A DNA stretch of 64,000 bases. Origin: an uncultured Alphaproteobacteria bacterium (GTDB lineage: Bacteria; Pseudomonadota; Alphaproteobacteria; Methylaequorales; Methylaequoraceae). The stretch is taken from the NCBI GenBank assembly GCA_902625895.1, contig CACODD010000002.1, positions 20,785-84,784 of the forward strand. Reading direction: 5' to 3'. The translations under genes and the position numbers were made by a program. The notes beneath the pieces were generated by a model. It did not search any database and was not told the DNA's origin. It worked only from the letters and a program-made list of their open reading frames with translations. Of the stretch, positions 18,685 through 29,939 are shown one piece after another. Within the stretch, counting starts at the first letter, position 1, and each line of letters opens with the position of its first letter.

Positions 18685-18758
18685 TGGAGGTGCGGACCGG
18701 ATTCGAACCGGTGTACACGGCTTTGCAGGCCGGTGCGTAGCCTCTCCGCCACCGCACC
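18685..18758 (-). tRNA. tRNA-Cys (GCA)
   Basis: GGTGCGGTGGCGGAGAGGCTACGCACCGGCCTGCAAAGCCGTGTACACCGGTTCGAATCCGGTCCGCACCTCCA: 74 nt, anticodon GCA, U73 discriminator, CCA. Confidence 0.96.
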
Positions 18759-18833
18759 TCATTTAATTCTTAAATATTGTAATAAATATTAATACTTATA
18801 TATTAAAGTTTTACACATTAATAGCCCAATATA

Positions 18834-19508
18834 ATGAATAGTAATTTTTTTGATAAAGCACGAGCTAATATGGTAAATAATCAACTCCTTCCCAATGGTG
18901 TTAAAAATCTAGATCTGATCGAATCATTTGATAATACAAAGAAAGAACTATTTGTTCCAGACTCTGAAAAAGAGATGGTATACAGTGACTCAGATATTTT
19001 GATTTCTCCAGATAGATATTTAATAAGAACATTTGTCTTAGCAAAAATGTTTGAGCACTGTAGTTTTTCTAAAGATGATTCAGTTTTAGTGATTGGTTGC
19101 TTAACAGGTTATTCCGTCGCGATAATTTCAAATTTAGTAAGTTATGTATTTGGTGTTGAAAATTGTAAAAGTTTAGTTGAAAGGGCTAATTCTGTTTTAT
19201 CACATATGGGATGTTTAAATACTTCAGTTTTCTATAAATCAAATCTAGTTTTAGGTAATAATAAAAACTCTCCTTATGATAAGATTTTTATTGAGGGTGC
19301 TGTAAAATCAGTTCCAAAAGTTTTAATTAAACAATTGAAAGATAATGGTGAAATCTACACGGTTCTAAAAGAAGAAGATTATATTGGTGAATTTGTTAGA
19401 GGTCAGAAAATTGATTCTTTAATCTCATTTACCAAACTTTTCAATACAAATTTATACGAATTGAAAGATTTCATTATCCAGGAAAATGGATATGAAAAAA
19501 GTCTTTAA
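18834..19508 (+). CDS. Protein-L-isoaspartate O-methyltransferase-like protein (tolC-linked paralog)
   Basis: ARANMVNNQL, KELFVP, VLVIGCLTGY, PYDKIFIEG; conserved position upstream of tolC. Confidence 0.85.
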   Translation: MNSNFFDKARANMVNNQLLPNGVKNLDLIESFDNTKKELFVPDSEKEMVYSDSDILISPDRYLIRTFVLAKMFEHCSFSKDDSVLVIGCLTGYSVAIISNLVSYVFGVENCKSLVERANSVLSHMGCLNTSVFYKSNLVLGNNKNSPYDKIFIEGAVKSVPKVLIKQLKDNGEIYTVLKEEDYIGEFVRGQKIDSLISFTKLFNTNLYELKDFIIQENGYEKSL

Positions 19509-20856
19509 AAAGTTTTGTTTAATTTTCTTGATTATATTTCCTCAATACTCTTCATCTAATCAGATAGTCAATGACGATCTTAAACAATCACTTGAAAAAC
19601 TTTATGAGTTAAACCCAAAAATCAAGTATTATAGAAATATTTTGAAGTCAAAAGATGAATTAATGCCTCAAGCATATTCTGAATTTAGACCAGAAATAAA
19701 AGGTTATTATCAAAAAGGAAAGGTGCATACAAACTCTCACGGATTCAATATCACATCTGATGGAATAAGATCTGAAACTAACAAAGGAATTACCATAACA
19801 CAGGATATTTTTGATGGAGGAAGTAGCTTAAGTAATATACAGGTTGCTAAAAATACTATTTTTTCAGAAAGATATATTCTACAAGATAAAGAACAAGAAA
19901 TTTTCTTCGATGCAATAAAAATTTATTCAGAATTTGCAACCGAACAGTCTAATTTTAAGTTAAAAAAAAAAAATGTTGAAGTCCTTAAAAATAGATTTGA
20001 ATTAACAAAAGAACAATTTGAAATTGGAGAGGTTACTCTGACAGATGTTTCAATAGCTGACGCAAGATTATCATTGGCCAAATCGGATTTAATAGAATCA
20101 GAAAAAAATTTAGAATCCTTAACTGCTAATTATTTTTATTTATTTGGTGTTAAACCAATTTCTCCCAAAATTGATCTAGCTGTTCTTGAATTCAAAAAAA
20201 ATGTTGACGATATAAGGTCCTTAGGACTTAAAAAAAATCCGAAAGTTAATGACTTAGTTTACCAAATTAAATCACTTGAATACAAAATTAAGACTCTTAA
20301 AAGAAAAAAACTTCCAAGTGTTAAACTAGAAGCAGACGCATACATAAATGAGGGTTACTTCAGAACTGACAGTAAAAGAGAGGTTCTCTCTGCTTTTGCC
20401 ATTATTGATATACCCTTATATCAGTCTGGTGCAGCTTCTTCCAAAATCAGAGAAGTAAAAAGTCAGCTATTTGCCTTGAATCAATTATTGCGACAAGTTA
20501 AAGAGGAAATTGAATTTAATATTACATCATCTATATCATCATACGATCATTCATATTCAAAAATTAAAGCATATAAAAAACAAATTGAATCAAACAAGAT
20601 CTATTTGGAGGGTTTGAGGCAAGAAATGCAACTTGGTGAACGAACAATGCTTGATTTACTTGACGGAGAACAAGAATTATTAAAATCACAGCTTGATCTT
20701 GTAAAGTCTTACCGAGATCTATTTAATTCTTATTATGAAACGATCTTCTTCATGGGTGGTCTAAATCCCAGAGATTTAGGATTAAATGTAAATTATTATG
20801 ACGAAACGACAAATTTTGACGATGTCAAATTTAAGTGGTTGGATATAATTGAATAA
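19486..20856 (+). CDS. tolC: TolC-family outer membrane protein
   Basis: Signal peptide, QFEIGEVTLTDV and GERTMLDLLDGEQEL duplicated OEP motifs. Confidence 0.9.
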   Translation: MDMKKVFKKFCLIFLIIFPQYSSSNQIVNDDLKQSLEKLYELNPKIKYYRNILKSKDELMPQAYSEFRPEIKGYYQKGKVHTNSHGFNITSDGIRSETNKGITITQDIFDGGSSLSNIQVAKNTIFSERYILQDKEQEIFFDAIKIYSEFATEQSNFKLKKKNVEVLKNRFELTKEQFEIGEVTLTDVSIADARLSLAKSDLIESEKNLESLTANYFYLFGVKPISPKIDLAVLEFKKNVDDIRSLGLKKNPKVNDLVYQIKSLEYKIKTLKRKKLPSVKLEADAYINEGYFRTDSKREVLSAFAIIDIPLYQSGAASSKIREVKSQLFALNQLLRQVKEEIEFNITSSISSYDHSYSKIKAYKKQIESNKIYLEGLRQEMQLGERTMLDLLDGEQELLKSQLDLVKSYRDLFNSYYETIFFMGGLNPRDLGLNVNYYDETTNFDDVKFKWLDIIE

Positions 20857-20858
20857 TA

Positions 20859-23465
20859 ATGTTAGAAAAAAGATTTAATTTTTCAGAAATTGAAGCAAAA
20901 TGTTTAGATCATTGGTCTGAAAATCAAATATTTTCTTTTAATAACAACGAAAACAAAAAACCATTTTGTATTATGATGCCGCCACCAAATGTTACTGGTA
21001 GTTTGCATATGGGGCATGCTTTAACTTTCACTCTTCAAGATATCTTAATTAGATTTCATAAAAAACTTAATAAAAATGTTTTATGGCAACCCGGAACTGA
21101 TCATGCTGGAATTGCAACAGAAATAGTAGTTGAAAAAATGATTCAAAAAGAAAGTAAATTATCAAAAGCTGAATTAGGAAGATCAAAATTTATTGAAAAA
21201 ATTTGGAATTGGAAAGAAGAATCTGGAGATAAGATAATTAATCAAATGAAAAGATTAGGTACATCAGTTGATTGGAATATTTCTCGATTTACAATGGATG
21301 AAGGACTTAGTGATTCAGTTAAAGAGGTTTTTATAAATCTTTATAACCGAGGTTTGATTTATAAAGATAAAAGATTGGTTAATTGGGATCCAAAACTTGG
21401 AACTGCTCTTTCGGACCTAGAAGTGAACCAAATTGAAAAAGTTGGAAAAATGTGGTTTATAAAGTATCAATTGGAAAACAGCATAGAAAACATAGTTGTT
21501 GGAACAACCAGACCAGAAACAATCTTTGGTGACACTGGTATTGCGATTCATCCAAAAAATAAAAAACTTAAACATCTAATTGGAAAAAAAGCACTTATTC
21601 CTATTCTCAATAAAAAAATACCAATTTTTGCAGATGAATATGCAGACCCAGAAAAAGGTTCAGGTGCAGTAAAAATTACTCCGTCACACGATTTTAATGA
21701 TTTTGAAATAGGGAAAAAACATGATTTAGAATTTGTTAATATTTTAGATAAAACAGCAAGTTTAAATAAAAATACCCCAAAAGAATACCAAGGTTTAAAT
21801 AGGTTTGTTGCTAGGAAAAAATTGATAAGTGAACTTAAAAAAAATAATAAAATTCTAAAAACCGTTAATAATAAAATGTTTCTTCCTGTTGGAGATAGAA
21901 GCGGCGAAATTATAGAGCCACTATTAACCTTTCAATGGTTTTTAGATACTAAGAAAATAAGTGTCAAAGTTAAAAAAGCGATTAAAGAAAAAAAAATTGT
22001 ATTTCATCCAAACTCGTGGATAAATACATTCAAATATTGGATAGAAAATATTGAGCCATGGTGTATTTCTCGACAGATTTGGTGGGGACATAGAATACCA
22101 ATCTGGTACTCTAATAATGGACTTAAGATAGCTGCAAAATCAGAAGAAGAAGCAATTAACATTTTAATGTTAAAAGATGAAACTGATAAAATTTTGTATC
22201 AAGATGAAGATGTATTAGATACATGGTTTTCCTCTGCGCTATGGCCTTTTTCAACTTTAGGATGGCCAGAAAATGATAAACTGTTAAAGAACTTTTATCC
22301 ATCAAATGTATTAGTTACCGGGTTTGACATAATCTTCTTTTGGGTTGCAAGGATGGTAATGATGGGTCTTGAATTTATGAATGAAGTTCCTTTTAAGAAT
22401 ATTTATATTCATCCTTTAGTAAAAGATGAAAAGGGACAAAAAATGTCAAAATCAAAAGGTAATGTTATTGATCCTCTTGATATAATTGAAAAATATGGTT
22501 CTGATGCACTAAGATTTACATTAACTAATTTATCAACTCAAGGTAGAGATATAAAACTTTCTGACAAACTTGTCGAAAATAGTAGAAATTTTATAACAAA
22601 AATTTGGAATGTAGCTAGGTTTAGTCAGTTTAATAACTTTAAGTATGATAAAAAGTTTAATCCACAATATTGTGAACTACCTGTAAATAATTGGATTTTA
22701 TCAAGATTTTTTGAAACCCAAAAAAAGGTAATTAAAAATTTAGAGAATTTTAAATTTAATTTAATGATTTCTGAATTATATCAATTCATATGGAGTGATT
22801 TTTGCGATTTTTATATTGAACTTTCAAAGAATTACTTAAAAGAGGATAAAAATAAGAAAGAAATATCTAATGTTTTCAATTTTGTTTTTTCGAGATCATT
22901 AAATTTGATTAATCCAGTAATACCATTTATTACAGAAAAATTGGGTAAAGAGTTAGGATTTATAGAAGATTCTTTTTTCAAGACGAATTTACATACTGAT
23001 TTAAAGTTAAAATTTAATTCTAAAGAGATTGATAATTTTAAAAAATTTATCGAGCTAATAAAAAAAATTAGATTTGAAATTGGAAATAATAAATCTAGAT
23101 TTAGCCTCTATATTCTTTCTGAAGAAAAAGTGATGTGGATAGATGAAAACATTTATTTATTAACCTCAATATTTAAATTTGAATCCGTAGAGTATAAAAA
23201 AAAGATTATAAAAGAAAATAAAAATAGCAAAATTTTAGTAACTTTCGGATTAAAATTTATTATTGTTCCTTCAGAAGACTACAAATTTATTGATCAAAAA
23301 TCATTGAGAAAAAAGATTTCATTTTATGAAAATGAAATTAATTTCTTTAACGAAAAGTTAAAAAATAATGAATTTCTTAATAAAGCACCCTCAAAAGTAA
23401 TTGACCAATACAAATTTAAACTTGAGGAAGCTAGAAAGAATCTTAAGCTTTTAACTCAGAAGTGA
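20859..23465 (+). CDS. valS: Valine--tRNA ligase
   Basis: PPPNVTGSLHMGH, WCISRQIWWGH, DTWFSS, KMSKSKGN. Confidence 0.98.
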   Translation: MLEKRFNFSEIEAKCLDHWSENQIFSFNNNENKKPFCIMMPPPNVTGSLHMGHALTFTLQDILIRFHKKLNKNVLWQPGTDHAGIATEIVVEKMIQKESKLSKAELGRSKFIEKIWNWKEESGDKIINQMKRLGTSVDWNISRFTMDEGLSDSVKEVFINLYNRGLIYKDKRLVNWDPKLGTALSDLEVNQIEKVGKMWFIKYQLENSIENIVVGTTRPETIFGDTGIAIHPKNKKLKHLIGKKALIPILNKKIPIFADEYADPEKGSGAVKITPSHDFNDFEIGKKHDLEFVNILDKTASLNKNTPKEYQGLNRFVARKKLISELKKNNKILKTVNNKMFLPVGDRSGEIIEPLLTFQWFLDTKKISVKVKKAIKEKKIVFHPNSWINTFKYWIENIEPWCISRQIWWGHRIPIWYSNNGLKIAAKSEEEAINILMLKDETDKILYQDEDVLDTWFSSALWPFSTLGWPENDKLLKNFYPSNVLVTGFDIIFFWVARMVMMGLEFMNEVPFKNIYIHPLVKDEKGQKMSKSKGNVIDPLDIIEKYGSDALRFTLTNLSTQGRDIKLSDKLVENSRNFITKIWNVARFSQFNNFKYDKKFNPQYCELPVNNWILSRFFETQKKVIKNLENFKFNLMISELYQFIWSDFCDFYIELSKNYLKEDKNKKEISNVFNFVFSRSLNLINPVIPFITEKLGKELGFIEDSFFKTNLHTDLKLKFNSKEIDNFKKFIELIKKIRFEIGNNKSRFSLYILSEEKVMWIDENIYLLTSIFKFESVEYKKKIIKENKNSKILVTFGLKFIIVPSEDYKFIDQKSLRKKISFYENEINFFNEKLKNNEFLNKAPSKVIDQYKFKLEEARKNLKLLTQK

Positions 23466-24238
23466 TGTTTGAAATAAAATTTGATAATCTTATTTTAAAG
23501 TCTAATAAAAACAAAATCATTAATAATAATATTATTTTTCTTTTTTACGGGATAGGTTGTTGTTCAGATGATTTTAAATTTTTATTCAATACACTAGGTC
23601 CTAGATTTAATCTCTATATTGTAGAACTTCCAGGGCACAACGGTATTAAATATTCTGATAGTGATTTGTATTCATTCTCAAGAAAGATTTATCTTTTTTT
23701 AAAAAAAAAAAACATTAAGGAAATTACATTTTTTGCTCACTCTTTGGGTGGTATAATCCCAATAATTTTAGTAAAAAACTTTATAAAAAACAAAATACTA
23801 ATTAGTAACTTTATAAACTATGAGGGAAACTTGACTAAATATGATACAGAGACTTTAACAAAAAAAACTATTTCTTACAGGAAAAATGATTTTATAAGAA
23901 ACAAATTTAACAATTTATTAAAAAAAACTGAATCGTCTCAAAATAGGTTTTTAAGTTATTGGTCTCAATCATTAAAAAAAACTTCACCTTCTATTTTTTA
24001 TGATTTATCAAAGCAATGTGTTAAATTAAGCGAATCGAATGAACTATTAAATTTTTTTAAAACGTTTTTTAAAAAAAAAGTTTATATTTATGGTGAGAAG
24101 ACTCAATTAAAGGTTTCAAAATATATTTTTGGTCCAGTCCGATACAAAATAAAAAATTCTGGTCATTTCTCTTTTTTTGAAAGTAAATTAGATTTTAGTA
24201 GAATATTTAGAAAATTATTATTAAAAAAATATAAATGA
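23462..24238 (+). CDS. Alpha/beta hydrolase
   Basis: ELPGH, nucleophile elbow AHSLGG, C-terminal SGHF. Confidence 0.8.
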   Translation: MMFEIKFDNLILKSNKNKIINNNIIFLFYGIGCCSDDFKFLFNTLGPRFNLYIVELPGHNGIKYSDSDLYSFSRKIYLFLKKKNIKEITFFAHSLGGIIPIILVKNFIKNKILISNFINYEGNLTKYDTETLTKKTISYRKNDFIRNKFNNLLKKTESSQNRFLSYWSQSLKKTSPSIFYDLSKQCVKLSESNELLNFFKTFFKKKVYIYGEKTQLKVSKYIFGPVRYKIKNSGHFSFFESKLDFSRIFRKLLLKKYK

Positions 24239-25956
24239 ATAAAATTAAAAAACAACATCTTCCCAGTCGACATGTTTCTGTGGGTCCTAAAAGCTCGCCT
24301 CATAGATCTTATTATTATGCAATGGGAATGACTGAGAAAGAAATATATCAACCTTTTGTTGGTATTGCGACATGTTGGAATGAATCTGCACCATGTAATA
24401 TTTCTCTTTCTCGTCAAGCTCAATCAGCAAAGAAAGGTGTCAAAGATAATACCGGAACTCCCAGAGAGTTTACTACAATTACAGTTACTGATGGAATAGC
24501 GATGGGGCATGAAGGAATGAAATCATCATTGGTATCGAGAGAAATTATAGCAGATTCAATTGAGGTTTCTATGAGAGGACATTGTTATGATGGATTGGTT
24601 GGAATTGCAGGGTGTGATAAATCTTTACCTGGCATAATGATGGCGATGTTGAGGTTAAATGTTCCTGCTGTATTTTTATACGGTGGTTCGATTCTTCCGG
24701 GTAAACACAAAAACAAAGAGGTTACTGTCCAGGATGTGTTTGAAGCAGTTGGTGAATTTGATTCAAATAAGATCACCGAGGATGAGCTTTGTGATTTAGA
24801 AAAAGTTGCATGCCCATCAGCAGGTTCTTGCGGAGGGCAATTTACTGCAAACACAATGGCCTGTGTTGCTGAAGCAATTGGATTAGCATTGCCTGGTTCT
24901 TCTTCAACACCAGCTCCGTACGAGTCCAGAGATAAATTTGCATATGACTCTGGAATCAAGGTAATGGATCTTATCAATACGCAACTCAAACCTAGGGATA
25001 TTGTAAATAAAAAATCTCTGATCAATGCTGCAAGAATCGTTGCGTGTTCTGGTGGTTCAACAAATGCAGCTTTACATCTACCCGCATTAGCTAATGAAAT
25101 AGGAATAGACTTTGATATAATGGATGTTGCAAAAATTTTCAAAGAAACTCCATATATAGCTGACTTGAAACCTGGAGGAAAATATCTTGCAAAAGATCTT
25201 CATGATATTGGAGGAGTTCCAATTATAATGAAATCTTTATTGGATGGAGGTTTTCTAGATGGTTCGTGTCTAACAGTAACAGGTAAGACTTTAAAAGAAA
25301 ATTTAAGTTCTGTAAAGGTTGACTTTGGCTCTCAAAAAATCATTTTTTCTACTAAGAATCCTATCTCTAAAACCGGTGGAGTTGTCGGTTTGCAGGGAAA
25401 CCTAGCGCCTGATGGTGCAATTGTTAAGGTTGCAGGGTTAAAATCTCAAAAATTTGTTGGAAAAGCTAGATGTTTTGATTGTGAAGAGAGTGCTTTTGAT
25501 GCTGTAAGTAACAAACAGTATGAAGCTGGTGATGTAATAGTTATAAGGTATGAAGGACCAAAAGGGGGCCCAGGTATGAGAGAAATGCTTGCTACAACTG
25601 CCGCAATATATGGACAAGGGATGGGAGAAAAAGTTGCCTTAATTACAGATGGAAGATTTTCCGGCGCAACAAGAGGTTTATGTGTTGGTCATATAAGCCC
25701 GGAAGCTATGGCATTAGGTCCAATTGCTCTTATCAAGAATGGGGATCAAATATTAATTGATGCTAAAGAGGGAATAATAACTCTAAAGGTTGATGAAAAG
25801 ATATTAGAAGCCAGAAAAAAATCAATTCAAAAAAGAAAAAATAATTTTGGATCGGGTGCTTTATGGAAATTTTCTCAAACAGTCGGATCTGCAAGATTTG
25901 GCGCAGTAACTCATCCCGGTGCAAAAAAAGAAATAAAGAATTATTCAGACATCTAA
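24235..25956 (+). CDS. ilvD: Dihydroxy-acid dehydratase
   Basis: [40 protein letters not shown]. Confidence 0.97.
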   Translation: MNKIKKQHLPSRHVSVGPKSSPHRSYYYAMGMTEKEIYQPFVGIATCWNESAPCNISLSRQAQSAKKGVKDNTGTPREFTTITVTDGIAMGHEGMKSSLVSREIIADSIEVSMRGHCYDGLVGIAGCDKSLPGIMMAMLRLNVPAVFLYGGSILPGKHKNKEVTVQDVFEAVGEFDSNKITEDELCDLEKVACPSAGSCGGQFTANTMACVAEAIGLALPGSSSTPAPYESRDKFAYDSGIKVMDLINTQLKPRDIVNKKSLINAARIVACSGGSTNAALHLPALANEIGIDFDIMDVAKIFKETPYIADLKPGGKYLAKDLHDIGGVPIIMKSLLDGGFLDGSCLTVTGKTLKENLSSVKVDFGSQKIIFSTKNPISKTGGVVGLQGNLAPDGAIVKVAGLKSQKFVGKARCFDCEESAFDAVSNKQYEAGDVIVIRYEGPKGGPGMREMLATTAAIYGQGMGEKVALITDGRFSGATRGLCVGHISPEAMALGPIALIKNGDQILIDAKEGIITLKVDEKILEARKKSIQKRKNNFGSGALWKFSQTVGSARFGAVTHPGAKKEIKNYSDI

Positions 25957-26724
25957 ATTGATCCATATTGGAATATGATCTGAGGGTTTCGTCAATCCCC
26001 TGTATTTTGAACCAAAATTAATATTTTTTACCAACTTTAAGTACTTTGGAGAAATTAGAAAATGATCAATTAATAATCCATCATTTCTTTCCCAACAAGC
26101 TCTTTGATAGTCCCAATACGAAAATGACGAACCTGGTTTTTTGAAAATTCTTACAATATTCGTCAGACCTGATGAAAGAATTTCTCTAAAGATTGTTCGA
26201 GACTCAATACACCCGAGAGCGTCATTTTCCCAATTATCAAAATTTAATACATCATTTTTATTTTCTAATACATTAAAGTCTCCACCAATGAGAAGATTAT
26301 CTACATTATTAATAAAATGTTTCGAAATTTTTTTAATTTCTGATAACCATGAAATTTTAAAGTCGAATTTTTTCTTGTCTTCGATTGGGTTTCCGTTTGG
26401 TGTGTAAACATTTAAGATGTTTAAATTATATTCGTTTACATATATGAAATTTGTTCTTGATTCGCATAATAAAACCTCGTTCTCTAGTTCTATAGACTTG
26501 AAATTTAATCCTTTTTTTAATAATGTCGCAACGCCGTACTTTCCTTTTTGTCCATTAACAATTAATTCATAACCAAATGAGGAGTAGAAATCTGGAAATT
26601 CTTCATTTGTACACTTGATTTCTTGAAGCAAAATTATGTCTGGGTTTATCTCTTCGATAAATTTTTTGAGAATATCAACTCTTATTCTAACGGAATTTAT
26701 ATTCCAAGAGGCAATTATAGCCAT
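25945..26724 (-). CDS. xth: Exodeoxyribonuclease III
   Basis: SWNINS, LQEIK, GDFN, IDH, PSDH. Confidence 0.95.
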   Translation of the reverse strand: MAIIASWNINSVRIRVDILKKFIEEINPDIILLQEIKCTNEEFPDFYSSFGYELIVNGQKGKYGVATLLKKGLNFKSIELENEVLLCESRTNFIYVNEYNLNILNVYTPNGNPIEDKKKFDFKISWLSEIKKISKHFINNVDNLLIGGDFNVLENKNDVLNFDNWENDALGCIESRTIFREILSSGLTNIVRIFKKPGSSFSYWDYQRACWERNDGLLIDHFLISPKYLKLVKNINFGSKYRGLTKPSDHIPIWINLDV

Positions 26725-27042
26725 TTATATTGAAAAGGAGGTTCCGCAACCACAAGTTGAATTGGCATTAGGATTTGTGATTTTAAAATATGAACCTATG
26801 AGGTCATTTACAAAATCTAACTTAGATCCTTTAAGAAAGTTTAATGATGTTGGATCTATTAAAATCTTAACATCGCTGAACTTAAAAATTTTATCTTCAT
26901 CATTAATCTTTTGATCAAAATTAAATTTATACGAAAAGCCCTGACACCCCCCGCCGTCTACTGAAATTCTAAAATATTCATGTTTTTCCTTAAGAGCAAT
27001 TTCCTTAATTCTTTCAACAGCATTTTTAGATACATCAAACAT
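26725..27042 (-). CDS. erpA: Fe-S cluster A-type carrier (ErpA/IscA)
   Basis: GGGCQGFSY and CGCGTSF. Confidence 0.9.
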   Translation of the reverse strand: MFDVSKNAVERIKEIALKEKHEYFRISVDGGGCQGFSYKFNFDQKINDEDKIFKFSDVKILIDPTSLNFLKGSKLDFVNDLIGSYFKITNPNANSTCGCGTSFSI

Positions 27043-27086
27043 TATAGTCTTTTTTTTTTTACATTTATAATATAGATATATAGATT

Positions 27087-28226
27087 ATGGTGCAATATTC
27101 AATTTTTTCAACAAATTATAAATCATCTAAAGGAAGGGTATTTTGCGAAAAAGATGATCCTAATAGAACTTGTTTTATGAGAGACAGGGATAGGATTATT
27201 CATTCCTCAGCATTTAGAAGGTTAAAATATAAAACACAAGTATTTGTTCATCACGAAGAAGATTACTTTAGGACAAGATTATCTCATAGTTTAGAAGTTT
27301 CACAATTATCAAGATCTATTTCAAAAGTTTTTAATATTAATGACGATCTTACAGAATCAATTTCACTAAGTCATGATCTAGGGCATACACCTTTTGGTCA
27401 TGCTGGCGAGGAAGTTTTAAATAATAAAATGAAAGGAAGAGGTGGCTTTAATCATAATTATCAAGCTTTAAAAATTTTAACAGTTTTAGAAAAAAAATAT
27501 CTAGATTTTGATGGATTAAATCTAACATTTGAAACTTTAGATGGTATTTTAAAACATAACGGTCCTGTTACCTCGGTATTACCAAGTTACATTCAAAGTT
27601 TTATTAATTTTTTCGGTGGGGAAAAAAAATCTCAAGGATCTTTTGAAGCTCAAATTGCCGCTATATGTGATGATATTGCTTATAATAATAATGATATTGA
27701 TGATGGCTTGTATGCAGGGTTATTCGAAATAGAAGAATTAAATGAATTAGAAATTATAAAAGACGCTTTAAAAAAAATTAATTTAAAAAAAAGTAAAGAG
27801 TATAGAAGAATCAAATACGAGCTGATAAGAAAACTAATAAATATAATGGTTGATGATTTAATTAGAAATACTAAACAAAATATCCAAAATTTCAAAATTA
27901 AAAACTGCTATCAAATTTTAGAGCTTGATAAACCTTTGGTAATTTTTGGAGATGAAATGAGAAATAAAGAAAAAAATTTAAAAGTTTTTTTAAGAAATAA
28001 AATGTATAATCATCCTAAAGTTAAAACAATGAATTTTAAAGCAAAAAAAATAGTGTCTGACCTATTTGATCTTTACATTGATGAGCCATATCTTTTACCA
28101 ATTGGTTGGAGAAACTTTAAAAATGAAAATGAGAAATACGTTAACGTTTCTGACTACATATCAGGAATGACAGATAATTATGCTATCAATATTCACAAAA
28201 AATATTTCGATCTATATAGTCATTAA
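27087..28226 (+). CDS. dgt: dGTP triphosphohydrolase
   Basis: RDRDRIIHS.AFRRL..KTQVF, RTRLSHSLEV, HDLGHTPFGHAGE, DYISGMTD. Confidence 0.95.
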   Translation: MVQYSIFSTNYKSSKGRVFCEKDDPNRTCFMRDRDRIIHSSAFRRLKYKTQVFVHHEEDYFRTRLSHSLEVSQLSRSISKVFNINDDLTESISLSHDLGHTPFGHAGEEVLNNKMKGRGGFNHNYQALKILTVLEKKYLDFDGLNLTFETLDGILKHNGPVTSVLPSYIQSFINFFGGEKKSQGSFEAQIAAICDDIAYNNNDIDDGLYAGLFEIEELNELEIIKDALKKINLKKSKEYRRIKYELIRKLINIMVDDLIRNTKQNIQNFKIKNCYQILELDKPLVIFGDEMRNKEKNLKVFLRNKMYNHPKVKTMNFKAKKIVSDLFDLYIDEPYLLPIGWRNFKNENEKYVNVSDYISGMTDNYAINIHKKYFDLYSH

Positions 28227-29938
28227 TGTTTTATCATGATTTATTAAAAAAAGAATTATTTGATTATATTAATTCAGAATATTCTAAAAAAAAAATTAAA
28301 GAGGTTCCAACCAAATCATCTTTTAATATCGAAATTCCAACGAATAAAGAATATGGTGATGTGTCTACAAATATTGCAATGGTTTTTGCTAAGAAAATGG
28401 GACTTCCTCCAAGAGATTTGGCTTTAAAACTATCTAAGCATATGAATAAAGAAAACTTTATTGAAAAGTTAGAGGTTGTTGGACCAGGATTTTTAAATAT
28501 TTTTTTCAAGAAGTCGTTTTGGCAAGATCAATTAAAAGTCTATTTTAAAAATGTTAACTCCTTTAAATATAATATTATAAAGAAAAATATCTGCTTAGAA
28601 TTTGTTTCAGCTAACCCAACAGGACTTATGCATATTGGACATGCTAGAGGTGCTGTTTTGGGTGATACCATTGCATCTGTTTTAGAAGAAGTTGGTCACA
28701 AAGTTACCAAAGAATATTATATTAATGATGCTGGTGAACAAATTAAGAAACTAAAAAAAACAGTTAAATATCACTTAAAAAATAAAAATAATAAAAAAGT
28801 TAAAACAAATGATGAAATGTACCCTGGAGAGTATTTAAAGGAAATTTCAAAAAAGATTCATAATCAAGAACTCTCTGAATCTATGTTCGAAAATAATATA
28901 ATTAAATATATTATGAATGATATAAAGAAGGATCTATTAAAAATTAAAATTGCGCATGATTCTTTTATCTCTGAGAAAAAATACTCTTCGAAAAAGCATT
29001 TAGATGAGATACTTAAGAAACTTAATCAAAAAAAGTTAACTTATTATGGTTATCAAGAAAAACCCAAGTCTTTAAATAATGAAAGGTGGGAAAGGAAAAA
29101 GCTTTTATTATTTAAATCACAAGAACACGGTGACGAAACAGATAGAGCTCTGATAAAATCAAATGGTGAACTTACTTATTTTATGACGGATATTATTTAT
29201 CACCAAAAGAAAATTGATAAGAAATTTGATATCTTGTTAAATATTTGGGGGTCAGATCATTCAGGTTATGTAAAAAGATTGCAAAGTGCCATTGAACAAT
29301 TGAATAAGACAGCAAATTATATCTTTGAGATTAAATTAACTTCATTAGTAAATTTATTAAATGGTAAACAAGTTGTAAAAATGTCTAAAAGAGAGGGTAA
29401 CTATGTTACTTTAAGAGAGGTTGTAGACAAAGTGGGTCCAGATGTATTGAGGTATATGATGATTTCAAGAAGTGTTGATAAAAAAATAGACTTTGACTTT
29501 GAAGTTGTTAAATCTAAATCAAAAGACAATCCTGTATTTTATATTCAATATGCATATGCAAGGTGTATGTCACTAATTAAAATTTATGAAAAAACATTTA
29601 ATACTTCTTTGAAAAATATTGATATTAAGAAAGTAAATTTGTCTAAACTTAATTTAAATGAAGAGATAATTATGATAATAAAAATTTGTAATTTTTTTAA
29701 TGTAATAAAAAAAGCTGCTAAGTTTTATGAGCCTCATAGAATTGCTAACTACCTGTTAGATATTGCAAAAGATTTTCATGCATATTGGGGTCTCGGTAAA
29801 GCGGATTCGTCAAAAAAGATAATTATTGATCAAAATTTTAACATCTCTCTATCTAGAATTGTACTTATACTTTCAATTAGTAAGATTATTAAAAAGGGGA
29901 TGAATATATTAAAAATTGAATGTCCAGAGAATATGTAA
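28226..29938 (+). CDS. argS: Arginine--tRNA ligase
   Basis: EFVSANPTGLMHIGHAR, WGSDHSGY, KMSKREG, YIQYAYAR. Confidence 0.97.
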   Translation: MFYHDLLKKELFDYINSEYSKKKIKEVPTKSSFNIEIPTNKEYGDVSTNIAMVFAKKMGLPPRDLALKLSKHMNKENFIEKLEVVGPGFLNIFFKKSFWQDQLKVYFKNVNSFKYNIIKKNICLEFVSANPTGLMHIGHARGAVLGDTIASVLEEVGHKVTKEYYINDAGEQIKKLKKTVKYHLKNKNNKKVKTNDEMYPGEYLKEISKKIHNQELSESMFENNIIKYIMNDIKKDLLKIKIAHDSFISEKKYSSKKHLDEILKKLNQKKLTYYGYQEKPKSLNNERWERKKLLLFKSQEHGDETDRALIKSNGELTYFMTDIIYHQKKIDKKFDILLNIWGSDHSGYVKRLQSAIEQLNKTANYIFEIKLTSLVNLLNGKQVVKMSKREGNYVTLREVVDKVGPDVLRYMMISRSVDKKIDFDFEVVKSKSKDNPVFYIQYAYARCMSLIKIYEKTFNTSLKNIDIKKVNLSKLNLNEEIIMIIKICNFFNVIKKAAKFYEPHRIANYLLDIAKDFHAYWGLGKADSSKKIIIDQNFNISLSRIVLILSISKIIKKGMNILKIECPENM

Positions 29939-29939
29939 A

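Noticed and set aside
18534..18752. 72-aa minus-strand ORF in the ORF track
   Set aside because: It is a read-through of the tRNA-Cys and tRNA-Asn genes, not a protein.
24585..25142. Long antisense ORFs (here, and 38740-39150, 47350-47778, 33349-33750, 60280-60645, 63323-63958)
   Set aside because: Shadow frames of well-supported genes on the other strand, with no motifs of their own.
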